A DNA stretch of 64,000 bases, from assembly GCA_945787715.1 (NCBI GenBank), contig CALZJE010000001.1, forward strand, positions 11,127 through 75,126, read 5' to 3'. Positions 1 through 10,500 of the stretch are shown piece after piece. The notes beneath the pieces were generated by a model. It was not told where the DNA came from. It saw only the letters and a program-made list of their open reading frames with translations, and searched no databases. The stretch is from an uncultured Ectothiorhodospiraceae bacterium (lineage in GTDB: Bacteria; Pseudomonadota; Gammaproteobacteria; S012-40). Made by a program: the position numbers and the translations under genes. How positions within the stretch are numbered: the stretch's first letter is position 1; each line of letters opens with the position of its first letter.

Positions 1-146
1 CGTTAAGTCTAAATCTACCAGTGAGTTTTTTATGAGCAATCAGTTAATTGATCATAAACTCAATTATGTGTGTTACTAGTGAATTAAATCACATTAAGAC
101 TAATGTTTATAGCAATATGATAGATGTCGAATAATTTAATGCCAAC

Positions 147-176
147 AAAAAACGCCCGAGAAATCGGGCGTTTTTT
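147..176. terminator. Bidirectional intrinsic terminator, likely ending the minus-strand gene at 203
   Basis: GC stem acgcccga/tcgggcg with loop gaaa, flanked by an A-run upstream and a T-run downstream, so it reads as hairpin plus U-tract on either strand. Confidence 0.6.
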
Positions 177-202
177 GTTCGTAGTTGGTAATGCTTGGTA
201 TA

Positions 203-1372
203 TTATTTCATTGCGAAGCCGTTTATCGTCAGTGAATAAGGCCCAAGCTCTGTTTCAAAGGGGGAGTCGGATAACATCTCCAACGCGCCGGTTGTATCAT
301 TTACATGATAGGCTGAAATTGTAGCTTCACCGTTGTTTGCGACATAGACAAACGGGCTTGAGTTATCTCTGACCACTGCATATGGGAACCAACCTGCATC
401 AAACGGTGAATCTTTAATTTCTGAGAGCACACCTGTTTTGTTGTTAATTCGAAAAACGGTGACATCGTGACTACCCCAGTTTGCAGAATACAAAAACTCC
501 CCTTTAGCGTCAGTGGTAACAGAGTAGGGTTGAGCGCCCGCTAAAAAGGGTGATCCTTCAACTTCTGTTAATTCCCCCGTGATCTGGTCAATTTGAAAGG
601 CTGATACGGTGGTTGAACCATAATTACTGGAGTATGCGAATCGATTATTAGCGGTGATAGAAACGTAGATCGGTCGCTCATCTGTTTTCGCATCGTCAGA
701 TGTTCGAGTGAAAATGCCGGTTTCCTGGTTTACGGTATAGCTACTTATGCTGTGGCCATAAAAATTTGCAACATACGCAAATTTCCCATTTGGCGAAAGG
801 TTAACCGAAATGGGGTGCTCTCCTGTTTTAACCGGTGCGCCACTCGCAGTGATTGCTCCCGAGTTTTGATCAATAATGAAGGTTCTGATTTGATTGTCGT
901 TTTCGTTGGTAATGTATAGAAAATTTCCATTAGGACTGACAGTTACTGCATCTGGGTAATCGCCCACAATAAAAGGAGAACCATCGAGTTGTGTTAGCAC
1001 TCCACTGTCGGCATTTACTCGATAGGCAGATATACTGTTTGAACCTTGATTTGCTGCATAGACGAATTTGTTGTTAGGTGTTGTTTTGATTGAAACAGGA
1101 TAGCGCCCTGATTTAAACGGGGACCCTTCAATCTTGGTGAGCTGGCCTGTGACAAGGTTTATTTTAAAAGCAGAAACATTATGTGCGGCTTGATTTGCAG
1201 AGTAGACGAAATGGTGAGTGTCCGAAATATTTAATTTATTACTGGGATTTGGAGTTGTGGCAAATGAGTGTGTTGAAAAAATTAAAGCACTAACGACGGT
1301 GAGACTTCTTATAACTTTAAATACACCAACTGATTTTTGCATAGTGGATTTACCTCGTGATAAAAATATCAC
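203..1372 (-). CDS. Secreted 7-bladed beta-propeller lactonase (6-phosphogluconolactonase-like, YVTN-repeat)
   Basis: N-terminal signal peptide; repeated SPNG/SPDG-KF(A/L)Y(V/S)AN blades typical of the 3-carboxymuconate cyclase / lactonase propeller family. Confidence 0.7.
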   Translation of the reverse strand: MIFLSRGKSTMQKSVGVFKVIRSLTVVSALIFSTHSFATTPNPSNKLNISDTHHFVYSANQAAHNVSAFKINLVTGQLTKIEGSPFKSGRYPVSIKTTPNNKFVYAANQGSNSISAYRVNADSGVLTQLDGSPFIVGDYPDAVTVSPNGNFLYITNENDNQIRTFIIDQNSGAITASGAPVKTGEHPISVNLSPNGKFAYVANFYGHSISSYTVNQETGIFTRTSDDAKTDERPIYVSITANNRFAYSSNYGSTTVSAFQIDQITGELTEVEGSPFLAGAQPYSVTTDAKGEFLYSANWGSHDVTVFRINNKTGVLSEIKDSPFDAGWFPYAVVRDNSSPFVYVANNGEATISAYHVNDTTGALEMLSDSPFETELGPYSLTINGFAMK

Positions 1373-1778
1373 TCAGGAGAATGAACGCCACCGATTTTTA
1401 TCTGTGTAGATAAAAATCTAACTTTAATTATTGTGTTTGCTAATCAGAGGATTTTGGCTCGCCTTGGAGAGGCGAGGTGCCAAAAAAATTGATGATTTCA
1501 ATATTAATGTTTTTTATAATTTGTTGAAACTACCTGCTCTAATATCTGAAAACAATAGGTTTTAGTGATCAGTAAATGCAGATTTAGATTAAATTTAATG
1601 CGTAGAGATTTAATTTAAATCTTTGTCACTATTAAGTTTTTGGTTTCATTTCTCATAAGTTAAACAAGGCTGCGAAAGTTGATTTTCTGCAACCCCTCCC
1701 ATAGATAAATTTAATATATTATTTCTCCAAGAAATAGTCTACTAGTTTTATCGGAAATTATTTTTTAAGGTTGTAGAT

Positions 1779-3317
1779 TTACTGGTATGCGTTGAGTATG
1801 TCGTTGAATGAGCGAATCCATGGCTTTAGTGTCCGTAACTCTTGAGATAATAGTTGGCGTGCGTTTTTCGCTTCTTGAGTTGTAGGAAATGACTGATAGA
1901 GAATGATAAACCAATCATTGTTATTTCTTGAGGTCTTTATTAATTTAGCGTGTGCTACTAGCTTGTGCTGTAGAATAAATTTCTTAGCAGCATGCTTGTT
2001 TGATGTGCCGATTAATTGAATGGTGAAATGATTTTCTTGTTGAGATTTAAGCCACTTTAGTTCTTCAGATTCTGATTGTTTAGATTGTTTAAGTAGAGTG
2101 GCAGGATTAGTCGCTACCTCAATAATATCTTCTTTTATTGTTTCGTTGGAAGGTGAATCGTCAAAAGAAGAATCGTCCATGTCATCATGTATGTTTATTT
2201 GTTCTAGAGCATCTGGCGTTGTTTTTTCTGTGATAGTCTCAGTGTTACGGGAAAGAGATTTGTTGTTCAACATTGGTTCCTCAATAGCAGTGGTAGACTG
2301 AGGTGTTTGTGATTTTTCTGTTATGTCTATAGGTGAATCAGTATTGGAATTAACTTTGTTTTTGCTTGGAATCTCAAGAGGTATTAAATCACCTCCCGAT
2401 TCTTCGTTAGTAGACTCTGGGAGTGCTAATATAACAATGAGAATGACAATGCCTACTGTTAACGATAGAGCGATTGCTGTGAAATTTTTATTAGGCGTTA
2501 TAGGTTTATTTTTTAACGGTAAATCTGTTGGCGTTGAGGATAGATCTGATAATAGCTCATCAGAAAGTATGTTTATTTTTTTGGGAACACCCATGGAATC
2601 TAAATGTATTTTTTTTATTTTCTCTTTGTCGAACAAAGGATGGCTTTCTATGCCTAGGCTTTTTAATCGGAACTCGATGTATTCCTGTGTCTCACTAAGA
2701 GTAAAAGGTAATAATGGCAGATATTTCAGCGATGCCTGTTTTTCTTCACGAGGAATAGAATTTAATACTAGCTCAGGGATTGTTCGTCCGAGGATCAATA
2801 GTCTAACAAGTGGTGATGACTCTTGCGTGTGAGAAATGAGTGTAGATAGTGCTGGCACGAGAGATGGGTGTAGCAATTCAATATCGTCAATAATAAGAAT
2901 TGCAAGTTCCCCAGTATGTTTTAAGCCTTCAATCTGATCAACCACAGTTTTTATGTCTTCGCCAGCGCTGTGTTCTGAATCAGCTTTAAGCTGGAAATCA
3001 TTAACTATATTATCAATAAAGTTATGTTCGGTAGTACAACTTCGTGCGGAGATGTAACATGTACGCCAGTTGTTTTGCGCCAGAGTTGCACACTGTTTGC
3101 CGACTGATGTTTTACCAATGCCATCTACCCCCTGGATAAATAGCACTAGTTTTGTATAGTCAACAAGGTGAGAAATTTTATTGACTATTTCTTTTCTATT
3201 TTCATTTTCATAAAAATAACGTTGATTAGCAGCAATTGATTTGGAAGCAGGAACTTCCGGGTCTATGTTGCTAAGGGAGTCCAGTTTTTCTGAGAGATGT
3301 TCTGAGAAGTCTTTCAT
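1779..3317 (-). CDS. AAA/P-loop ATPase with transmembrane segment and C-terminal SPOR (peptidoglycan-binding) domain, ExeA/DamX-like
   Basis: Walker A motif GVDGIGKTS and Walker B LIIDDIE; hydrophobic helix IALSLTVGIVILIVILAL; Ser/Thr/Glu-rich linker; C-terminal SPOR-like block FTIQLIG...DWFIILYQSF. Sits where damX lies downstream of aroB in other gammaproteobacteria. Confidence 0.6.
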   Translation of the reverse strand: MKDFSEHLSEKLDSLSNIDPEVPASKSIAANQRYFYENENRKEIVNKISHLVDYTKLVLFIQGVDGIGKTSVGKQCATLAQNNWRTCYISARSCTTEHNFIDNIVNDFQLKADSEHSAGEDIKTVVDQIEGLKHTGELAILIIDDIELLHPSLVPALSTLISHTQESSPLVRLLILGRTIPELVLNSIPREEKQASLKYLPLLPFTLSETQEYIEFRLKSLGIESHPLFDKEKIKKIHLDSMGVPKKINILSDELLSDLSSTPTDLPLKNKPITPNKNFTAIALSLTVGIVILIVILALPESTNEESGGDLIPLEIPSKNKVNSNTDSPIDITEKSQTPQSTTAIEEPMLNNKSLSRNTETITEKTTPDALEQINIHDDMDDSSFDDSPSNETIKEDIIEVATNPATLLKQSKQSESEELKWLKSQQENHFTIQLIGTSNKHAAKKFILQHKLVAHAKLIKTSRNNNDWFIILYQSFPTTQEAKNARQLLSQELRTLKPWIRSFNDILNAYQ

Positions 3318-3568
3318 ATAGGGTTGCTTTGTCCTTCCATAAATACGACACGATAACCACGTTTGATTTGTTTATCACGCGCTTCTATCAATGCACTTTC
3401 TGCTTCTTCAGGTGTTGAAAAAAATTTTTTCTGAACGCGTCCTGGTGATCCTTGAGCTCCCCACTCTTTGGTTAACAGCCAACCATTAAATAAATCAGGT
3501 CCCAGGTGTAATTGATAAAACCGAGGTTGATGATTTTCGCTTGTTGCTGTCTGCATATATATTCGCAT
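3314..3568 (-). CDS. WGR-domain protein
   Basis: 84 aa with a W-G..G..GR core (EWGAQGSPGRV) and a conserved KxxRGY C-terminus; 4-nt overlap with the upstream gene. Confidence 0.5.
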   Translation of the reverse strand: MRIYMQTATSENHQPRFYQLHLGPDLFNGWLLTKEWGAQGSPGRVQKKFFSTPEEAESALIEARDKQIKRGYRVVFMEGQSNPI

Positions 3569-3637
3569 AAGTTATTCTGACTATAAAAGTGCTTGCGTCA
3601 AATTGAGATAATAATTATAAATTAACCTGGTTGATGC

Positions 3638-4789
3638 TCAAGTGAGTTGCAAAGGATCAAATAATCGGTTGTATTCTGATATTGCATAACGATCGGTCAT
3701 ACCAGCTACATAGTCCGCAACAATTCTTGCACGACCAATATCTCCATCACTGCTTTCCATTATCTTGGCTTTTCGACGATATTCATTGGCCAGTAATTTA
3801 GTATCGTTAATAAATGCATCAAATAATCTTTCAACGATATGATGTGCCTTTTTAGACATTCGATAGACGCGAAAGTGTGAATAGAGATTATTTCTTAAAA
3901 ATTGTTTTAACTCCAGATTCATGGCTATCATTTGCTCACTAAACTTAATGATTGGACTAGAGTATTGTCTGACATCCACTATGGATGATGGTGATACGCC
4001 CGCTAGGCTTTGTTTTGATGTTTCGATTAGGTCGCTTACTAAGCAGTTAATCATTCGCCGAATGATTTCATGTGTTGCCCTGCGCTCACTCAGTTGTGGG
4101 TAGAGGTCTTTAACCACTCGGTAATGCTCTTCAAACAATTTGATTTCAAGCAATTGTTGAACATTAATTAGGCCTGCTCTCAAGCCGTCATCGATATCGT
4201 GGTTATTATATGCAATTTCATCCGCGAGATTCGCAAGTTGCGCTTCGAGGCTAGGTTGGTGCTGCTTTAAAAACCTTTCACCTAGTTGCCCTAATTGTCT
4301 GGCATTGGGTAGGGAGCAGTGCTTCAGAATGCCTTCGCGAGTTTCAAATGTAAGATTCAGCCCTTCAAATTCGGCATATTTTTCTTCAAGCACATCAACG
4401 ACTCTCAATGATTGGAGATTGTGCTCAAAACCGCCGTAATTTGACATGCATTTGTTGAGCGCATCTTGCCCGGCATGGCCAAAAGGCGTGTGACCCAGAT
4501 CGTGAGCTAACGCGATCGCTTCTGTTAGGTCTTCATTGAGATTTAATGCTCTTGCGAGTGCACGGCCTATTTGTGCAACTTCGATTGAGTGAGTAAGCCG
4601 AGTTCTAAACAAATCACCTTCATGATTGACAAAAACCTGAGTTTTATATTCTAGTCGTCTGAAGCCTGTAGAATGCACGATTCGGTCTCTATCGCGCTGA
4701 TATTCGCTTCGGTACTTGGGTGGCGCTTCATAGAACTGTCTTCCGAGAGTGGAGTCTGAAGTGGCAGCATATTGAGCAAGAGTTTGCAT
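3638..4789 (-). CDS. dgt: dGTP triphosphohydrolase-like HD-domain protein
   Basis: HD motif [14 protein letters not shown] and overall Dgt-like length and layout. Confidence 0.8.
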   Translation of the reverse strand: MQTLAQYAATSDSTLGRQFYEAPPKYRSEYQRDRDRIVHSTGFRRLEYKTQVFVNHEGDLFRTRLTHSIEVAQIGRALARALNLNEDLTEAIALAHDLGHTPFGHAGQDALNKCMSNYGGFEHNLQSLRVVDVLEEKYAEFEGLNLTFETREGILKHCSLPNARQLGQLGERFLKQHQPSLEAQLANLADEIAYNNHDIDDGLRAGLINVQQLLEIKLFEEHYRVVKDLYPQLSERRATHEIIRRMINCLVSDLIETSKQSLAGVSPSSIVDVRQYSSPIIKFSEQMIAMNLELKQFLRNNLYSHFRVYRMSKKAHHIVERLFDAFINDTKLLANEYRRKAKIMESSDGDIGRARIVADYVAGMTDRYAISEYNRLFDPLQLT

Positions 4790-4797
4790 GGTTTAAG

Positions 4798-5883
4798 CTA
4801 TTCCTTTACTGAAAGAAAAGACTCCAGTGTTTTGTTCAATGCTGTTCGGTCATAGTTATCGCTAATTATGGCTTCACCGATTGATTGCAGCAAAACTAAT
4901 CGAATAACACCATTAAGCGCTTTTTTGTCTCGTAACATGAGATCAATAAATTGTGCTTGTGTCATTTCTTTTGGTGGAGCTGTTGGTAGTTTTGCTCTTT
5001 TTGTCAACGAGACTATCTTGTCCATATCATCTTTTGATAAAAAACCAGACCTCAATGATAGATCGGCAGCCATAAGCATACCCACTGCCACTGCCTCACC
5101 ATGGAGCCATTGCCCGTATCCTGACGCAGTTTCTATAGCATGACCAAATGTATGCCCCAAATTTAACAAGGCTCTTTTACCACTTTCTTTCTCATCTGCG
5201 GCTACAATCTCAGCTTTATCCCGACAAGAGCGCTCAATTGCATAGGCCAGTGCATCAGCATCTCGGTTTGTTAGTTTTTCAATATTTGATTCAAGCCATT
5301 CGAAAAATGGTTTGTCACCTAAAAGCCCATATTTAATGACTTCTGCTATGCCGGCGGCAAGTTGCTTATCTTCAAGCGTGTTTAATGTTTCTGTATCAGC
5401 GATAACACATAGTGGTTGGTGAAATGCACCAATCATGTTTTTTCCAAGAGCATGGTTAACACCGGTTTTACCACCAACTGATGAGTCAACCTGGGAAAGT
5501 AGCGTTGTCGGTATCTGGATGAAATTTACACCACGTTGATAACTTGCGGCTGCAAACCCTGCCATATCACCAATGACACCTCCGCCCAATGCGACGAGAG
5601 TCACGCTACGATCCATTTTATGGGTTAATAGTGCATCAAAGATAAGATTAAGCGTTTCAAGGTTTTTATATTGTTCTCCATCCGGCAATATAACTGTTTG
5701 ATGCTCAAAACCTGCAAGCATTGCTTGGGTTTTTTTTAGATAAAGTGGAGCAATTGTTTCGTTGGTAACTATAAGTACTTGTTTGTTTTTGATGTGGCTT
5801 CGTATTAAGTCCTGAGCTAGCAGGCCTCTGCCAATATAAATCGGATAGCTACGTTCACCAAGGTCGACGTGTAGTGTTTTCAT
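4798..5883 (-). CDS. aroB: 3-dehydroquinate synthase
   Basis: [17 protein letters not shown]-binding motif and general AroB similarity; aroK-aroB synteny. Confidence 0.9.
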   Translation of the reverse strand: MKTLHVDLGERSYPIYIGRGLLAQDLIRSHIKNKQVLIVTNETIAPLYLKKTQAMLAGFEHQTVILPDGEQYKNLETLNLIFDALLTHKMDRSVTLVALGGGVIGDMAGFAAASYQRGVNFIQIPTTLLSQVDSSVGGKTGVNHALGKNMIGAFHQPLCVIADTETLNTLEDKQLAAGIAEVIKYGLLGDKPFFEWLESNIEKLTNRDADALAYAIERSCRDKAEIVAADEKESGKRALLNLGHTFGHAIETASGYGQWLHGEAVAVGMLMAADLSLRSGFLSKDDMDKIVSLTKRAKLPTAPPKEMTQAQFIDLMLRDKKALNGVIRLVLLQSIGEAIISDNYDRTALNKTLESFLSVKE

Positions 5884-5951
5884 ATTTTATCTATTTGTAG
5901 AATCTCTTGTTAATATTAACTGGTTTAATTAGGAGTCTATCCGAGAAAAAA

Positions 5952-6497
5952 TTAATCGTTTGAAAATGAAGGCACTGCTTTCAGAATATCCACGATATCG
6001 TTTATTATCTCCCTAATTGGCTTTTGATCAGTTTCAAAGATTAAATCAGCAACCTCTTGATAGTAGGGTTCGCGAGCAGCCAATAGTTTTGCTAATACTT
6101 CTTTTGGATTGTTGTGTTGTAGAAGTGGGCGATTTCTATCTTTTGATGTTCTCTCCAGCAGTTTTTCCAAAGAAGCCTGGAGATAGATCACAAAGCCATT
6201 TTCTGAGAGTATTTTTCTATTCTCTTCTTTTATGACTGCTCCGCCGCCGGTAGCAAGTATGATATTGTCCGTTTTTGCGAGTCTTGAAATCATTCGGGAT
6301 TCACGTTCTCTAAATCCCTCTTCACCTTCTAATTCAAAAATGAGCGGAATTGACGCGCCGGTGTTTTGCTCTATTTCTTGATCGCTGTCTATAAATTCCT
6401 TATCTAAAGCTTCAGCGAGCTTTAGGCCAATGGTTGTTTTTCCAGCGCCCATCGGGCCAACAAGAAAAATACGAGATGGAAATGTTGCGCTTTTCAA
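5952..6497 (-). CDS. aroK: Shikimate kinase
   Basis: P-loop GPMGAGKTTIG; about 180 aa; immediately upstream of aroB. Confidence 0.9.
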   Translation of the reverse strand: MKSATFPSRIFLVGPMGAGKTTIGLKLAEALDKEFIDSDQEIEQNTGASIPLIFELEGEEGFRERESRMISRLAKTDNIILATGGGAVIKEENRKILSENGFVIYLQASLEKLLERTSKDRNRPLLQHNNPKEVLAKLLAAREPYYQEVADLIFETDQKPIREIINDIVDILKAVPSFSND

Positions 6498-6640
6498 ACT
6501 AAGGATTCCGCATAAAAATAATCAACTTTGTATTTCGAAGATTATAAGCGCAGATTGACCAGTTGTGAATCATTGATCTGTTTACATGAAAAGTAAAGCT
6601 GCAAAACTACGTTTTTAGGTAGGGAAGGTTTAGTTTGAAT

Positions 6641-8689
6641 TTATTCCAATCTGAGGCGCTCTTTAAGTATTTTGGGAGTAACAAATATCAGGAGCTCATC
6701 TTTTTCATCAACTTCTGATGTAGAACGGAAAAGCCAGCCTATTAAGGGAATGTCACCAAGGAGTGGAATTTTATGTTTTTCTACTTTCTTGGTTTGTTCA
6801 AATACACCACCTAAAACCACTGTTTCTCCATTGTCAATTAGGACCTGGGTCTGTACTTCCTTGGTATCGATACTGGGTACACCATTAAATACTTCACCGA
6901 CGCTATCTTTAGTCACGCGTAAATCGAGAATCACTCGATCATCGGGTGTGATTTGGGGAGTGACATTCAAGCTAAGAACCGCTTTTTTGAAAGCAACAGA
7001 GGTCGCACCACTTGAGCTTGCTTGAAGATATGGAATTTCTGTACCTTGCTCAATTAGCGCTTCTTTCTGATTTGAAGTGATTACTTTTGGATTAGAGACT
7101 ATTTCACCTTTCCCTTCAGTTTGTAGCGCTGTTAATTCTAGGTCTAATAATGCGGTATCTGTGAGTAAACCTAATGCGAAGCTACCTGGAGTACTCGCTG
7201 TGCCAGTGACGGGAAGATTTAAATTAAAATTTGAACCTGAGCCTAATAGTGAAGGTGAATTAGTAAAGCCAGCGGCCTTGCCTGAAGTAAATATTGTGCT
7301 GTTTCCCCTTTTTTTTGTGGCTGTTACGCCAAGTTTGACTCCTAAATCGCTACTAAAGCCATCGTTAGCAATAACGATGCGTGACTCGATCAATACCTGA
7401 CGGATCGGCACGTCAAGGTTGGTGATTAGGCTCCTGATATCGTTGAGTCTGTCAGTGGTATCGCGAACTAACAGGGTATTGGTTCTTTCGTCGATTGATA
7501 TATTGCCTCGCTCTGAAAGTAGAGAGTTATTTTCCGATTTAATAAGTTCGGCCAATATGGAAGCTTTGGCATAATTGATTTGAATAAGTTCTGAACGCAA
7601 TGGAGTTAGTTCAGTTAGTTGTTTTTGAGCTTCCAGTTCAAGTTTCTCTCGAGCCGCAATCTCTTCGCTTGTCGCAATGAGCATAACAGAGCCGTTTTTC
7701 CGCATAGCCAAACCCTTAGTTTTAAGGATGATGTCGAGTGCTTGGTCCCACGGTGTATTTTTAAGTCGTAATGTAATGCCGCCTTGAACGGTGTCACTCA
7801 CGACAACATTGAGATCAGTGAAGTCAGCTAATAATTGCAGCACTGCGCGAACTTCAATGTCTTGAAAATTTAATGAAAGTTTTTCACCAGAATATTGTGT
7901 TTTCTTTTGTGCAGCTTTTTCCTTTGCAGTAATTGGGCGTACATCAATTGTTAGCGTATTGTCGGATTGATAAGCCAGATGTTCGTATTCGCCTGTTGGT
8001 GTAATGATCATTGTTACATTGCTTCCAGAGGTAAATGTATCAATGGTCTTGACCGGGGTTGCGAAGTCTACTACATCCAGACTTTGTTGAAGGTTGTCGG
8101 GTAGGTCAGCGTCCACATATTCGACGATGATTTTTCCTGCCTCCTCCCGAATGTCAGCAACCATGTTGGGTTCGCTAAATGTGACTACGACTCGACCTTC
8201 TCCACTATCACCGCGTCTAAAATCTACATTTTTAAGTCCGTGTGCCTGTTTTGTTTGAAAAGAAGCCGCCCCTGATTGAGATATTGTCGGGCTGCTCTCT
8301 GTCGAATTAGAGCCTAAAATTAAAATCAAAGAGTTTTCGGTCATTCGCGTTGTATATGCAACTTGTTTTACAAGATTGATCATAACACGTGTTCGTTCGC
8401 TATCTTCTATAGTAGCTACAGATTTGATATTGCCCATTTCTACACGGCGCGAGTGCCACGATAGCCTGTTTTTGGTATTGGTGAAATCAAGCGCAATTTG
8501 TGCAGGCTCGACTATAGTGAATACGCTAGGTTCGGTAAAGCCGCCAGAAATACTAAATGTTACCTTTACTTTGTCTCCGGGGAGGGAGCTAAAGTCAATA
8601 TCCTGTAAATTGCCAGCAAAGAGCCCGGTACTTGCAATTAAAAGTGAAACAAATAGGCCTGATACGAATATATTGTTATTTTTGCTCAT
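6641..8689 (-). CDS. pilQ: Type IV pilus secretin PilQ
   Basis: Signal peptide, AMIN-like N-terminal domains, and C-terminal secretin domain (VLGGVF...IPLLGDIPLIGWLF); terminal gene of the pilMNOPQ operon. Confidence 0.9.
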   Translation of the reverse strand: MSKNNNIFVSGLFVSLLIASTGLFAGNLQDIDFSSLPGDKVKVTFSISGGFTEPSVFTIVEPAQIALDFTNTKNRLSWHSRRVEMGNIKSVATIEDSERTRVMINLVKQVAYTTRMTENSLILILGSNSTESSPTISQSGAASFQTKQAHGLKNVDFRRGDSGEGRVVVTFSEPNMVADIREEAGKIIVEYVDADLPDNLQQSLDVVDFATPVKTIDTFTSGSNVTMIITPTGEYEHLAYQSDNTLTIDVRPITAKEKAAQKKTQYSGEKLSLNFQDIEVRAVLQLLADFTDLNVVVSDTVQGGITLRLKNTPWDQALDIILKTKGLAMRKNGSVMLIATSEEIAAREKLELEAQKQLTELTPLRSELIQINYAKASILAELIKSENNSLLSERGNISIDERTNTLLVRDTTDRLNDIRSLITNLDVPIRQVLIESRIVIANDGFSSDLGVKLGVTATKKRGNSTIFTSGKAAGFTNSPSLLGSGSNFNLNLPVTGTASTPGSFALGLLTDTALLDLELTALQTEGKGEIVSNPKVITSNQKEALIEQGTEIPYLQASSSGATSVAFKKAVLSLNVTPQITPDDRVILDLRVTKDSVGEVFNGVPSIDTKEVQTQVLIDNGETVVLGGVFEQTKKVEKHKIPLLGDIPLIGWLFRSTSEVDEKDELLIFVTPKILKERLRLE

Positions 8690-8763
8690 TATCTTTGTTC
8701 ATTATTTTTTTAATATTGGATTGATGTTAATGATTTCTTTTCCGACAACTGTACAAACCTGTG

Positions 8764-9327
8764 TTACTGAGATAAAGCCAGGTTTTTTCTTCGTTCAGCC
8801 CAGCCGCCGAATCCGTCTGCAATAATTTCATTTATTGTGATTTTTGATTCTGAAATATTAAGAACTTTGCCGTTGTTCTCGCCAATATAATTTCCTTCGT
8901 GTACACGGAAAATATTGTTATCTGGTGTTTTTATGATTGCCCAATTTTTTCCGTCGTTGTTCATAACGCCTGCCATGACAAGACTATCTAATGGGTATTT
9001 TTCGAGTTCTTCTTTATTGCGTACATTGCTTGGGTGTACACCATTGCGTATACTTCTTTTTTTAGAGATGGATTTGGCAAGGGAGGCTGTCGATTTAAAA
9101 GGATCTCTATTATTTGCAACCTGATATCGATGTGTTTCATAGGGTGTAATTATTGGTAAGGCTTCTACTTGACTCACATGCTTTGCTTCTATTTCTGCAA
9201 CAAAGGTTACCAGGTCATTCATATTATTGTTTGTGCAGCCAGTGGCTATTAGTATTGATAGTGTTACTAATATTTTTTTAGTTGGATTAACGTAAAGCTC
9301 CGAAATTAATTTATCTTGCTGCTTCAT
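8764..9327 (-). CDS. pilP: Type IV pilus assembly lipoprotein PilP
   Basis: Lipobox ATGC; position between pilO and pilQ; about 180 aa. Confidence 0.75.
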   Translation of the reverse strand: MKQQDKLISELYVNPTKKILVTLSILIATGCTNNNMNDLVTFVAEIEAKHVSQVEALPIITPYETHRYQVANNRDPFKSTASLAKSISKKRSIRNGVHPSNVRNKEELEKYPLDSLVMAGVMNNDGKNWAIIKTPDNNIFRVHEGNYIGENNGKVLNISESKITINEIIADGFGGWAERRKNLALSQ

Positions 9328-9956
9328 TTGCTTTGCTCACTGAGTTGCTCAAGCTCGTTATTATCGAGATATCGAAAGGTTTTTGCTTTTGCTTCAAGAA
9401 TTAGTTCTTGAGAGGGATTTTTTTTGCTTCCATTGTTTTTCGATTGTTGAATTGAAAATTCATGAATCGTTACTATGCGAGGTAATCCTGCTACTCCACT
9501 CATGAATTTTCCAAACTCATGATAATCACCACGTACGACAAGTTCGATTGGAAGTTCAACGTAAAAATCTCTGGGTAATTCACCCTGCGGCTTGAAATAA
9601 TCAAACTGCAAACCGTTGCTTAGCCCTGTTTGTGTGATGTCTGTTAATAGATCCGCGACTTCTGTTTTGCTAGGAAGTTGACCTAATAATGAACCAAAGG
9701 TTTTTTGAATTTCTTCTAACTGTTTTTGATGGCTGCTTAAGTTAGATGCTTTAGCTTGTTTTTTCTCAAACTGCCTTTTTAGGTCGAGTTCTTTTTTTTC
9801 CAGAGTTGCCAGGTGATCGCGTTGACCTGATGTGTCAACAAAGTATCCTATTGTTAACATAGCTGCGGGTATTAATGATAAGGTAATTGTCTTTGCAGCA
9901 GTTGACCAGTTACCAACATTACTAAAGTCAAGTTCATTGAGTTCGGAGAGACTCAT
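9324..9956 (-). CDS. pilO: Type IV pilus assembly protein PilO
   Basis: Single transmembrane segment plus coiled coil; operon position; 4-nt overlaps with both neighbours. Confidence 0.8.
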   Translation of the reverse strand: MSLSELNELDFSNVGNWSTAAKTITLSLIPAAMLTIGYFVDTSGQRDHLATLEKKELDLKRQFEKKQAKASNLSSHQKQLEEIQKTFGSLLGQLPSKTEVADLLTDITQTGLSNGLQFDYFKPQGELPRDFYVELPIELVVRGDYHEFGKFMSGVAGLPRIVTIHEFSIQQSKNNGSKKNPSQELILEAKAKTFRYLDNNELEQLSEQSK

Positions 9957-10498
9957 TCCTGATGACTCCTTTTTACGTTAAGGGAAAACCAGCTATGATT
10001 CGGATAACCCTTGGTATCTGCATCAATAACAATAAGTTCAGCATCCTGTAACCATCTTGACTTGTCGATATTTCGCATGTATGAGGAGATTCGTGAGTTA
10101 GATTCCGCAATCCCTTCAATATGAAGATTGTTTTCCTCGTGACTTAATTTTAGTAATTGGACGCCAACTGGCATGGTCGCAACTATAGTTTCAAAGAGGT
10201 AGACAATTTCGGGTCTACTTTTTTGTAACTGTTGAATTACTTCCATTCTATTGAGAAGGTTTGATTTTTCTTCTTCCATTATTTTTATTGCAGTTATTTC
10301 CTTTTCAACAGATTTGATTTGCTGGGTGAGATATAGGTTACGTGTATTCTGATAAGTTATTAGATTATTGATTTCCATGTGAACGGTCGCAATAATGCCG
10401 GCAGTAATGATCGCCGTAATTGCGGCCACTATGTAAAAACGTTTTTCTCTTTCTTTTTTGAGAGTCTCGCGCCAGGGAAGTAAATTAATTCTTGCCAT
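9953..10498 (-). CDS. pilN: Type IV pilus assembly protein PilN
   Basis: Canonical N-terminus MARINLLPWRE. The track ORF is 11 codons longer and overlaps pilM, so the start is moved to this internal Met. Confidence 0.8.
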   Translation of the reverse strand: MARINLLPWRETLKKEREKRFYIVAAITAIITAGIIATVHMEINNLITYQNTRNLYLTQQIKSVEKEITAIKIMEEEKSNLLNRMEVIQQLQKSRPEIVYLFETIVATMPVGVQLLKLSHEENNLHIEGIAESNSRISSYMRNIDKSRWLQDAELIVIDADTKGYPNHSWFSLNVKRSHQE

Positions 10499-10500
10499 TG

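Noticed and set aside
745-930. 61-aa minus-strand ORF nested inside the lactonase gene. Similar nested or antisense ORFs occur at 1218-1409, 2098-2301, 2323-2832, 3921-4103, 4868-5336, 6017-6235, 6672-7400, 12821-13582 and elsewhere.
   Set aside because: They lie fully inside, and often antisense to, strongly supported genes. They have no ribosome-binding site and low-complexity translations, so they are six-frame noise.
8376-8825. 149-aa plus-strand ORF spanning the pilQ start and pilP end.
   Set aside because: It is antisense to two well-supported pilus genes, so it is spurious.
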